Part shown: positions 29,337-37,704 of the stretch, one piece after another | Layout of the letters: every line of letters begins with the position of its first letter | Position numbering within the stretch: position 1 is the stretch's first letter | Virus record (IMG/VR): IMGVR_UViG_3300025652_000051 | Direction: 5' to 3' (one strand) | From: an uncultured virus (IMG/VR IMGVR_UViG_3300025652_000051) | Lineage: Duplodnaviria > Heunggongvirae > Uroviricota > Caudoviricetes | DNA length: 64,000 nucleotides | The notes under the pieces: generated by a model | Told to the model about the DNA's origin: nothing | Databases searched by the model: none | Seen by the model: the letters and a program-made list of their open reading frames with translations, nothing else | Translations under genes and position numbers: made by a program

Positions 29337-31022
29337 ATGACTGCAATAGACAGAGATCAATTACTGAAGCGTTGGGAACCACTCCTTGAAGGGATCGGAG
29401 ATGATCACATCGCATATCAAACCGCTAGATTGATGGAAAACCAAGCTAAGGCTTTCCAAACTAACAACCTTAATGAGGAAGTTATCGGCGTTGGTGGCAC
29501 GACTACGGGTAAGATTGGAACTTTCCAAAAGTTCGCATTCCCGATGATTCGTCGTATGTACCCTGAGTTGGTTTTCAATAAGATTGGTGCCACCCAGACC
29601 ATGGACGGCCCGGTTTCGCAAATCTTCTACATGGGTAACTCGCGTGCTCACGCGAATGTGGGTCAAACAATGTACTCCAAGTTCCGAATCACTCCTCGCA
29701 ACCTAGTTGCAGAGAAGATTGGATCCCAGAGTGGCGTTGCTGGTTACCCTCCGGTTGCTTTCGACCCTATTGACGGAACGAGTGCGTTAACTTACGCTGG
29801 TGCAAAAGACGGGTTTGATACCTCCAATGTTCTTGGTTTATTTGATGGTCCGACTGCTGGTGCAGGGCATCCTTCGGGCACCATGGGTGGCAAGCTTGCT
29901 TCTTATCCTAACGAGAAGTCGATCCTTGGTTACTCTGTTTCCGCAGGCGAGCGATTAGCTACTACTGGCATTCCTGAAGTTAACCTTCACATCCAGAAGC
30001 AAACCGTTCAAGCTCGTGAGCGTAAGATGAGAGCACTTTGGACTCTTGAGGCTGCTCAAGACCTTAAGGCATATCACAACCTTGACATGGAATCAGAATT
30101 AACTGACCTCTTGTCAAAGGAAATGAACCTTGAAATCGACCGTGAACTCATTGAAGACATTCGAATGATCGCTTACGGCCCTGGTGCTATTGGATCTGGT
30201 GAGGGTTGGAGAATCGAAAGTCTTTACCAAGGTGGAGCAGATTCATTCACTGGCTTAGGCGGCGATGTAACGGCTACTAATCCTGACGAAGCTTTAAACG
30301 GTGGAACTTTTGTGGCTGGTTCTTACGAGTATGACTTTAGTGCCGATATGAAGCTTGAAGAGTCCTTGACAGGTGCTGATGCGGTTAACGGTATTCATAA
30401 CCGTTACTCGAACATCTACGTGATGGATCTTAAGAGATTCACGGGTGAGCAAGGTACCTCGAATTTTGCTCCGCAAACTCTGGGTCACATTTACTCGAAT
30501 GTCCTGGCACTGATTAACTTTGCTAGCACGGATATCTACCGTACGACCCTGCGTGGTCCGGGTAATGTCCTTATCACGTCTCCTGTCATCGCATCGATGC
30601 TTGAGTCAGCTGCGAAGCTTGAAGGTGGTCTTCCTGAGAAGGATGGTCCTACTAACATGACTGGCAACCAAATCCAATACGTTGGTAAGTTTGCTGGTAA
30701 GTACGATCTGGTTGTCGATCCTATGTTCCCTGAAGATGAGATCATCGTCGGTTACAAGGGTTCGAACGCAATGGATGCAGGCTTCTTCTACTGCCCTTAC
30801 GTTCCTATGATGCCATTGGATACGGTTACGGATCCTGAGACCTTCCAACCGAGAAAGGGTATCCTGACTCGTTACGGTAAGGCAGCAGTTATGCCTGCTT
30901 CAAGATTCTACCGTGTGATTCGATTGATTGGTACGGGTGTTGATTACCTCACGCCGGAGATCATGAGAAACACCGCGTTCCATGGTAATTCGTTTGATAA
31001 CGGTCAGTACTCTAGAAAGTAA
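29337..31022 (+). CDS. Major capsid protein (T4 gp23-like)
   Basis: KRWEPLLEG, RKMRALWTLEAAQDLKAYH, EIDRE, DAGFFYCPYVP, DPETFQPRKGILTRYG. Confidence 0.97.
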   Translation: MTAIDRDQLLKRWEPLLEGIGDDHIAYQTARLMENQAKAFQTNNLNEEVIGVGGTTTGKIGTFQKFAFPMIRRMYPELVFNKIGATQTMDGPVSQIFYMGNSRAHANVGQTMYSKFRITPRNLVAEKIGSQSGVAGYPPVAFDPIDGTSALTYAGAKDGFDTSNVLGLFDGPTAGAGHPSGTMGGKLASYPNEKSILGYSVSAGERLATTGIPEVNLHIQKQTVQARERKMRALWTLEAAQDLKAYHNLDMESELTDLLSKEMNLEIDRELIEDIRMIAYGPGAIGSGEGWRIESLYQGGADSFTGLGGDVTATNPDEALNGGTFVAGSYEYDFSADMKLEESLTGADAVNGIHNRYSNIYVMDLKRFTGEQGTSNFAPQTLGHIYSNVLALINFASTDIYRTTLRGPGNVLITSPVIASMLESAAKLEGGLPEKDGPTNMTGNQIQYVGKFAGKYDLVVDPMFPEDEIIVGYKGSNAMDAGFFYCPYVPMMPLDTVTDPETFQPRKGILTRYGKAAVMPASRFYRVIRLIGTGVDYLTPEIMRNTAFHGNSFDNGQYSRK

Positions 31023-31044
31023 TTAAACTTTAGAGGTTAAAATT

Positions 31045-31078
31045 GAAAAGGGTTCAGATTATATCTGAACCCTTTTTC
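31045..31078 (+). terminator. Rho-independent terminator (possibly bidirectional)
   Basis: gaaaagggttcagat-tat-atctgaaccctttttc hairpin flanked by A and T tracts, after the capsid gene. Confidence 0.85.
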
Positions 31079-31088
31079 TATTCCATGG

Positions 31089-31095
31089 GTAAATA
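31089..31095 (+). promoter_or_regulatory. Late promoter candidate GTAAATA
   Basis: Directly after the terminator, 8 nt before the neck gene ATG. Confidence 0.55.
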
Positions 31096-31103
31096 TATTT
31101 GAT

Positions 31104-31967
31104 ATGGGTGATAAAATAGGAATACCGATTGTTACATCTTACGGATCATCTTACGGAACTTACGGTGGAAGTAGATTAAAAGATTATAAAAGCCCTAAGG
31201 ACACTAGTCTTAACAATAAAGATGCTAAGGGTGTAAATGAGTTTAACGACTTCAACAGCACTATTAGAGATTACGTATTGGCTAAGTTAGGTCATCCCGT
31301 AATTGACGTTGAACTAGATGACTTTCAAATACAAATTTGTTTAGACGAAGCTAAGTCTAAATTAGAGTATCATGCCCCTGATTGGATGACTCAATATGCA
31401 ACTTTCTCTGCATCTGCTGGTGTAAACGTATACGAGCTTCCTCAAGAAGTAGCGGACAATTTAAATGATGTTTGGTATAAGAGAGACTTTTTTAAATTCG
31501 GAGCTTCACCAGGATCATTGGAATATGATTTTTCTATCATGTTCTTTACGAATACTGGTTTATTTAATAACTATAATGTTAGTCAGTATCTTCTAATGCA
31601 ACAATACCTTAAGCAGGTAAAAAATGTATTAGGTCAGATGGCTACGTGGCAGTTGGTTAACAATAAATATCTGCACCTTTGGCCTAAGCCAGAATCAAAC
31701 GGAGAGGAGGTTCTGTTAGAGTTTAGAGCTTTTGATCCGACCACTCTACATCACGCTTATAAAAGTTGGTTGCAGAGATATACCCTAGCATTGTCCAAAG
31801 AGATATTAGCAGGGATCAGAGGTAAGTATCAGACTCTACCTGGGCCAGGAGGAGGTACGAGATTAAATGGAAATGAATTAGCCTACCAAGCTAAAGATGA
31901 GAAAGAGATGTTAATAGAAGAGTTATTATCTTCCATTGAAGCTCCTCCTTTGTTTGATATATTCTAA
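31104..31967 (+). CDS. Neck protein (gp13-like)
   Basis: DYVLAKLGHPVIDVELDDFQ...WLQRYTLALSKEIL..IRGKY..LPGPGGGTRLNG. Confidence 0.9.
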   Translation: MGDKIGIPIVTSYGSSYGTYGGSRLKDYKSPKDTSLNNKDAKGVNEFNDFNSTIRDYVLAKLGHPVIDVELDDFQIQICLDEAKSKLEYHAPDWMTQYATFSASAGVNVYELPQEVADNLNDVWYKRDFFKFGASPGSLEYDFSIMFFTNTGLFNNYNVSQYLLMQQYLKQVKNVLGQMATWQLVNNKYLHLWPKPESNGEEVLLEFRAFDPTTLHHAYKSWLQRYTLALSKEILAGIRGKYQTLPGPGGGTRLNGNELAYQAKDEKEMLIEELLSSIEAPPLFDIF

Positions 31968-32512
31968 TGACTAGATTCAAGGTTAACACTCCTCCTACCA
32001 ACTTCCCTAAAGACAGGGATACTCGTTTATCTTTATTCAATAAGAAGAACGATAAGAATCTATTTAATTTAATAGATTCTGAAAATATAAAATTATCAGG
32101 ATCTAGAGTTCAGGTGTTTGAGTATATTCCTTCTAACGATATTGATGATGTCTATCAAGAGTCTCGTCAAAAGACAATAGCTTCGGAGCCTGTCACTTTG
32201 TGGGCACACTATGACCCTCGACCTGTGGAAGAGAACCTATCTCAGTTTGGCGTAGAGATGCAGATAGATCAAGTCTTTATATTTAACAAGTCATACATTG
32301 AGAATACCTTGGGAAGGGCTATTTCCATTGGAGATATCATACGTCCTGATTTTCAAGAAATGAAATTTGAAGTATACGAAGTTCAAGAAGATAGTTTTGA
32401 AGCATATGGTGTTTACCATTTAATGGTTCATGCTAAACTTCTTAGAGATACTGAGGATATACATAATCAAGACTCCTTTGATCGTCCCGACCAGATTGGA
32501 GGGAGATACTAA
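31967..32512 (+). CDS. Neck/head completion protein (gp14-like)
   Basis: ENIKLSG..V, DDVYQES, LSQFGV, GDII...FEVYEV; gene order. Confidence 0.8.
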   Translation: MTRFKVNTPPTNFPKDRDTRLSLFNKKNDKNLFNLIDSENIKLSGSRVQVFEYIPSNDIDDVYQESRQKTIASEPVTLWAHYDPRPVEENLSQFGVEMQIDQVFIFNKSYIENTLGRAISIGDIIRPDFQEMKFEVYEVQEDSFEAYGVYHLMVHAKLLRDTEDIHNQDSFDRPDQIGGRY

Positions 32513-33165
32513 TGAGAGATAAAGACAGCTTATACATTAGGAATCAGATTGTCGATCTCACGACCACTAAGATTTTACCAGTAATTGATAACGTCTATAA
32601 AGAAAGCCTGAGGAGTATGTTACATACTTTCGGTAACATGTACTACCTTGATGGCAACAGTAATCGTATTAAGGTTAATTGTTCTCATGGAAATCCAGAA
32701 AGAATAGCAGGCCGTATCAAGTCAGACAATACTCTAGTTCTTCCTATGCTTACTATTGTTGAAACACAGACAGTAAGCGATCCTGAGAGAATGCGGTATC
32801 AAAGTATTGTCAGTGAAACTGAATGGGACGCTGATAAAAGGAGGGCTACCAGAGTCCTAAGCCTACCTCCTAGACCTATTAATATTACTTATGAGATCAA
32901 CGTATGGGCCAAATACAAGGCTGATATGGACATGCTCAGATCCAGCATATTCTCTATGTTTAGTCCTGATCTAAATGTAGAAACTCAATTCTCAGTTCAT
33001 AACAAAGCTTTCATCAATAGTGAGAGGGAAGTAGGAACAGTAACTGCCGCAGATACCAGTGATAGAGTACTTCAAAAAGCTATTAGTGTGACGCTAGAAA
33101 CGTACATACCTAGTCCTAAATTCTTCTTTACCAATACTGGGGAGATTAAAGAGTTTGGTGTTTAA
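32512..33165 (+). CDS. Tail terminator/sheath stabiliser (gp15-like)
   Basis: LVLPMLTI...DPER...PRPINITYEINVWAKY..DM...FSP; gene order. Confidence 0.75.
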   Translation: MRDKDSLYIRNQIVDLTTTKILPVIDNVYKESLRSMLHTFGNMYYLDGNSNRIKVNCSHGNPERIAGRIKSDNTLVLPMLTIVETQTVSDPERMRYQSIVSETEWDADKRRATRVLSLPPRPINITYEINVWAKYKADMDMLRSSIFSMFSPDLNVETQFSVHNKAFINSEREVGTVTAADTSDRVLQKAISVTLETYIPSPKFFFTNTGEIKEFGV

Positions 33166-33173
33166 TAAGATCG

Positions 33174-34208
33174 ATGTCGATTAATATTAACATTGACGAT
33201 CCTCGTGCTCGTCCCAATGCTAGACCAGCAAGGCCCACTTCCAATCGAGGGACTCTTACCTTCATAGCTGAAATAGAAGAGCGTGGGAGACCAGACGTAT
33301 TTAGAAACCTTACCAGAGGTGTAGATGAAATTGTAGAACCATCGCCTTCTGATCCTGTACAAAAGCCTGTAACACTATCTCTTGATCCGGCGTTACTAAC
33401 TCTTAGCATTTTAAACCTAGGCTTAAGAGGTTTAAACACTCCTCTGAATCTAGGTTCTGTATCGTCTACTTTGTCCGCTAGCGCAGAGTTTACTACTAGC
33501 AATAATGCTGTTAGAAAAGATCTTGGGAATGTGTCTACTACCCTTACTGTTGATTCTAATTTCCTGTCTACAAGTAATCTACGAAAAGATCTTGGAAACC
33601 TATCCAGCACTCTAACGGTCGATGGTAGTTTCTTAGCTATAGCAAATGTTAGAAAGGATTTAGGTAGCGTAGATGTTTCTCTTGAAGCAAGCTCAATGTC
33701 TGTTGGAATCGATACTAACCTCGGAAATGTATTCACTACGTTGTCGGCAAGTAGTATCTCCTTGGCTGAACAGTTAAACCTTGGAAATGTTTCAAGTACT
33801 CTCACAGTTGATGGAGAGTTCGAGGGTGTGGAGAATCAAAGGAAGGATTTAGGTAGCGTAGATGTTTCTCTTGAAGCAAGCTCAATGTCTGTCAGGGCTG
33901 ACGTTAACCTAGGAAATGTGTTCACCGTCTTAACAGCTAGCAGTATCTCCTTGGCCGACCGAATAGTTCTTGGAAATGTTTCAAGTACCCTCACTGTTAC
34001 CGCAGACTTCTTGGCAACAGATAATCAAAGGAAAGCTTTAGGTCTTGTTGAGACAAACCTTGAAGCTAGTGGTCTATCACTCGCCACTGATATTGGAAAT
34101 CTTGCAACGGTTGAAACTGATCTTGAGGCTAATGTCCTATCCTTGAACACCGACCTTATATTCTCGCTTCCTGATGACATGGTGACTCCTCCAGATATCG
34201 ATCCTTAG
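33174..34208 (+). CDS. Ser/Thr-rich repeat structural protein (about 20-23 aa LGxVxxxL repeats)
   Basis: About a dozen repeats such as RKDLGNVSTTLTVD and RKDLGSVDVSLEASS. Confidence 0.6.
   Translation: MSININIDDPRARPNARPARPTSNRGTLTFIAEIEERGRPDVFRNLTRGVDEIVEPSPSDPVQKPVTLSLDPALLTLSILNLGLRGLNTPLNLGSVSSTLSASAEFTTSNNAVRKDLGNVSTTLTVDSNFLSTSNLRKDLGNLSSTLTVDGSFLAIANVRKDLGSVDVSLEASSMSVGIDTNLGNVFTTLSASSISLAEQLNLGNVSSTLTVDGEFEGVENQRKDLGSVDVSLEASSMSVRADVNLGNVFTVLTASSISLADRIVLGNVSSTLTVTADFLATDNQRKALGLVETNLEASGLSLATDIGNLATVETDLEANVLSLNTDLIFSLPDDMVTPPDIDP
33654..33892 (+). repeat. Two identical 50-bp direct repeats 189 bp apart
   Basis: aaggatttaggtagcgtagatgtttctcttgaagcaagctcaatgtctgt at 33654-33703 and 33843-33892. 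Confidence 0.9.
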
Positions 34209-34244
34209 GTAATAATTTAAGAGCGTTTTAATTAACCTTAATAG

Positions 34245-34251
34245 CTAAATA
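34245..34251 (+). promoter_or_regulatory. Late promoter candidate CTAAATA
   Basis: Intergenic; followed by AGGAG RBS and ATG at 34270. Confidence 0.6.
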
Positions 34252-34269
34252 AAGTAGGAGTTATATATT

Positions 34270-34758
34270 ATGTGGACTAATAGAGGTAAGCAAAGAATGT
34301 TCGAAGAGTTTTTCGAAGCTAGTAGCGTGGCTACTGATTTTAGGCTGCAACTAGCCTCAGCCACTGTTCCAGATGGCAATTCTCAGTGGGGTGCAAACGT
34401 CAGTAGCACTTCTCAAGTAGTTTTAGTATCCGCATTGGAAGTTGGAACCTCAGGTTTACTTGTTCCTAGATCAACTAATGACTCTTCAGGATTTGATGTT
34501 TCTAGTTGGCTGCAAATAACGCCTGCTGCAAGTGCGGCTAGAGCAGTCCTACAAACTGCGGGGGATGTGTATCAATACTCGGGAACTATCACGGGTGCTA
34601 AATATGTTCTGTTGACAGAGTTTGCAAATACTCCTGCTGGAACATTCGACGCATCTGGAGCAGAGATATATGCTTGGTGGGATATTGGACCTGAGGAAAC
34701 AAATATAACCGCAGGTAACACATTAACAATTACTAATTTATCTTTGCAAGCAAATTAA
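34270..34758 (+). CDS. Small tail/collar-associated structural protein
   Basis: 162 aa; MWTNRGK...IYAWWDI...ITAGNTLTI pattern typical of phage minor tail proteins; strong RBS. Confidence 0.55.
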   Translation: MWTNRGKQRMFEEFFEASSVATDFRLQLASATVPDGNSQWGANVSSTSQVVLVSALEVGTSGLLVPRSTNDSSGFDVSSWLQITPAASAARAVLQTAGDVYQYSGTITGAKYVLLTEFANTPAGTFDASGAEIYAWWDIGPEETNITAGNTLTITNLSLQAN

Positions 34759-34765
34759 CCATTTT

Positions 34766-34787
34766 TATAAATATCTATTAGTAAATA
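34766..34787 (+). promoter_or_regulatory. Tandem late promoter candidates TATAAATA and GTAAATA
   Basis: Exact T4 late consensus TATAAATA at 34766-34773 and GTAAATA at 34781-34787, upstream of the sheath operon. Confidence 0.65.
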
Positions 34788-34803
34788 CAGTAGGAGAAAC
34801 AAT

Positions 34804-35061
34804 ATGAACACCATAACCAACACAAGTATGCAAGGTATTAGTATACCTTTTAAAACTCCTCAAGGAGTTAAATACTTGTTTCTAGCCCCTAATCAGAACG
34901 TCCAAGTTCCTGATAATTGGGATAGTAAAATTGTTAAAAATTTAGTACGTAGAAGGATGGTAAGAATGGTTTATTCTCCTGACGTGACTCCTGTTCCTAC
35001 TGTTGTTCCTGCTCTTCCATTACCGAGCAAGAAACCTCTCACAAAATTTAAGAGTAATTAA
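34804..35061 (+). CDS. Small hypothetical protein upstream of tail sheath
   Basis: 85 aa, AGGAG RBS. Confidence 0.65.
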   Translation: MNTITNTSMQGISIPFKTPQGVKYLFLAPNQNVQVPDNWDSKIVKNLVRRRMVRMVYSPDVTPVPTVVPALPLPSKKPLTKFKSN

Positions 35062-35063
35062 TC

Positions 35064-37040
35064 ATGGCAATACCAACCAGTCCATCCGTTGTAGTTATTG
35101 AAAACGATATTTCAATATACACTCCGAATATCAATTCAAGTGTTGTAGGTTTAGTAGGGTTCGCTAATAAGGGTCCTGTTAATGAGCCTACGCTTATTAC
35201 AAGCCAAGAAAACCTTTTAAGACTTTTTGGAAAGCCAGACACCGCTCTCGAAGGCCAGGGTCTTGAGGGTGCTTTAGAGATTCTAGAAGCTACCAACCAA
35301 CTTTACTTTGTAAGAGGTATTGATCCTAATAAGGTGCTAGCATACGCTTCTGCTAATGTAGCTGTGGGAGCTTCTCCTGCTCTCGTAGTCAGCGGATACA
35401 ATCCTACTCATGCGTCTTCAATATACTATTCAATTACTGATAATGCTACCAACACTGCTGTAACGGCTACGGTTGAAATTGCAAGCTCTACAGACTTCAC
35501 AACCTCCTCTGCTATAATTCAAAACGCTTTTAACCCTTCTATTACATCGGATCAAAACGTGTTTGCTTATGTTGAAGGTGACAATGTTTTCTTAGCTTCT
35601 AAGTTTGCCGGATCGGGTGCAACTCTACAACTGTCTGCCGCTGCTGGTATGGGCTTTAGACCTGTTAATATCTTAGGTGCTGTCAGTGCCACGGGTGAAG
35701 CTAATAACATTACTCGTAACGGATACACTTCTTCTAGCGTAGACTTGGTTGTAAACTCAATTTATCCAGGAACTGCTTACAATGTAACAGCCCTTAGAGA
35801 TGGTAGTACCCAAGGTGTGTCAGTTGAGGTAGCCAACCTATCCACTAAAGATAGAATTATTGTAAACAGTGATGGTGCTCAAGCTGAGTCCTTCTCTCCA
35901 ATTGAGTTATCTCCTTCTGGGATTGAATCTGTTGAGTTTATATTAAATTCAGAACTATTAAATAATCAATCCGAGTATGTGTTTGCAGAACTTTTGAGCG
36001 GTGCTGACGCTTACGTTACTCCTGATCAGTTCGGAGTGACTGCAACAGCGGCTGGGTTTGCAAACGCTACCGAGAATTCTCCTGTTGGAACTCCAAGATT
36101 TGTAAAGCCTATTCAAGGAACCTACAATCTTGCTAATGGAGAAAGTGGAGCTTCGGCTGCTACTAATCTAATTGGATCAAAGACTACTAAGACGGGTATT
36201 TATGCTTTAGACGATGATGGTTTAAATATCTCTATCGGGCTGATCCCTGGCATCACGGATGATTCCGTTCAGAATGCTTTTGTATCTTTGGCTGAAACTT
36301 CTAAGAACTTCATGGCAATTGTATCCCCTCCATACGCATTGAATGAAGTTCAAGATGCGGTAAAATGGATTAACGGTCAAGATCCAACTACTAGAACGGC
36401 TGCTTTAAACTCTTCGTATGCTGCGGTTTACTGGCCTTGGGTTCAAGTGTTTAATCCTTTTGCTTCAGCAGAACAATGGTATGATCCTGCAATCTTTGCT
36501 GCTAGACAGTGTGTCTTCACAGATGCTGTGTCAGAGCCGTGGTTCGCTCCTGCTGGCTTTAGAAGAGGTCGCCTATCCAAGCCTACTGCCACAGAGATCG
36601 TCGTTAATCAAGGCGACAGGGATGCTCTATACTCAAACTCAGTAAACCCTATTTCGAATGATCCTACTACAGGCATTACGATCTTTGGTCAAAGAACTAC
36701 TCAGAGAGCACCAACGGCACTTGATAGAGTTAATGTTCGTAGACTAATGATCTACATCCGAAAGGTATTACTTGAGCTTGGCAAGCCATTCCAGTTTGAG
36801 CCTAATGATCAACTCACTTGGGAGTTAATTGAAGATGCGATTAATCCTTTCCTTGATGATCTTCTAGCTAGAAGAGCAATCCTTGAAGGTGCTGTAAAGT
36901 GTGACTCAACTATTAACACTCCTGCAAGAGTTGACAGAAATGAACTTTGGTGTTCGGTAACAATTAAGCCTACTAAGGCTGCTGAAACAATTGTATTCGA
37001 AGTTAACCTTACGAGTCAATCAGCAACAATTAATGGATAA
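35064..37040 (+). CDS. Tail sheath protein (gp18-like)
   Basis: SPSVVVIEND, GFANKGPVNEP, SSYAAVYWPW, PWFAPAGFRRG, DRVNVRRL. Confidence 0.96.
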   Translation: MAIPTSPSVVVIENDISIYTPNINSSVVGLVGFANKGPVNEPTLITSQENLLRLFGKPDTALEGQGLEGALEILEATNQLYFVRGIDPNKVLAYASANVAVGASPALVVSGYNPTHASSIYYSITDNATNTAVTATVEIASSTDFTTSSAIIQNAFNPSITSDQNVFAYVEGDNVFLASKFAGSGATLQLSAAAGMGFRPVNILGAVSATGEANNITRNGYTSSSVDLVVNSIYPGTAYNVTALRDGSTQGVSVEVANLSTKDRIIVNSDGAQAESFSPIELSPSGIESVEFILNSELLNNQSEYVFAELLSGADAYVTPDQFGVTATAAGFANATENSPVGTPRFVKPIQGTYNLANGESGASAATNLIGSKTTKTGIYALDDDGLNISIGLIPGITDDSVQNAFVSLAETSKNFMAIVSPPYALNEVQDAVKWINGQDPTTRTAALNSSYAAVYWPWVQVFNPFASAEQWYDPAIFAARQCVFTDAVSEPWFAPAGFRRGRLSKPTATEIVVNQGDRDALYSNSVNPISNDPTTGITIFGQRTTQRAPTALDRVNVRRLMIYIRKVLLELGKPFQFEPNDQLTWELIEDAINPFLDDLLARRAILEGAVKCDSTINTPARVDRNELWCSVTIKPTKAAETIVFEVNLTSQSATING

Positions 37041-37045
37041 TAATT

Positions 37046-37633
37046 ATGGTAGATAGTTTTTTAAAGAATGATTTCAGAGCAAACTTTGAGCCTGGGAAGA
37101 CTCTTCCTAAGGTTTCCACCAAGTTGGATGCTATTAGAGCCTACCAGTTTGAAGTTAAGTTTTTCGGATTACCGGCAGAGTTTAGATTGCAGCAACAAGA
37201 ATTAACTTCTGCTGCTAAGAGAGTTAGTCCTATTGGAGGTGCTGTAGAAGATATTGTAGTAGATCGTTTAAATGATAAAGTTTACTACCCTGGCAAGTTT
37301 ACTCCACAGCCTCTTACGATAACTTTTGATAACCAATTGTTGTCTCGTAATACTCCTGCACTTTGGAACTGGTTTAAGTCTATCTACGATCCTATGACAG
37401 GGGACCTAACTCAACTGGCTGCTCCTGGTGGTCCTGGCAACAAGTCTTTCAAGGCTGCTAAGATGACTATCCTAGAGTTGGACAACACTAACGAACCTCA
37501 CTCTTATGTAGAAGTTTACGGTGTTTATCCTACAGGGGTTACCTTCTCGGAAAAGAACTACGCTACAAACGATTTCTCAACGATTGAAGTAAGTTTCCGA
37601 TACGACTTCATTGACTACGACCGACTTAACTAA
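37046..37633 (+). CDS. Tail tube protein (gp19-like)
   Basis: YYPGKFT...ITF...WNWF...GVYPT.V...IEVSFRYD; follows the sheath gene. Confidence 0.88.
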   Translation: MVDSFLKNDFRANFEPGKTLPKVSTKLDAIRAYQFEVKFFGLPAEFRLQQQELTSAAKRVSPIGGAVEDIVVDRLNDKVYYPGKFTPQPLTITFDNQLLSRNTPALWNWFKSIYDPMTGDLTQLAAPGGPGNKSFKAAKMTILELDNTNEPHSYVEVYGVYPTGVTFSEKNYATNDFSTIEVSFRYDFIDYDRLN

Positions 37634-37655
37634 CGGTCTAATACTCTTACTACGG

Positions 37656-37690
37656 TAGCCTTCTCCTCTAAATAAGAGGGAAGGCTATTT
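37656..37690 (+). terminator. Terminator-like hairpin with TAAATA at its loop
   Basis: tagccttctcctct-aaata-agagggaaggcta-ttt after the tube gene. Confidence 0.65.
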
Positions 37691-37704
37691 GTCTATAATA
37701 AAGT

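Noticed and set aside
33146..33805. 219-aa minus-strand ORF with repeats
   Set aside because: Mirror of the plus-strand repeat gene; stop-free because of the repetitive codon pattern
33654..33892. Possible DGR template/variable repeat pair or CRISPR repeats
   Set aside because: Copies are identical and in-frame within one gene, with no adenine-specific mismatches, no reverse transcriptase and no spacer array
1..37633. Extracellular contractile injection system or tailocin interpretation
   Set aside because: Capsid, scaffold, protease, neck and full replication genes are present, so this is a phage genome
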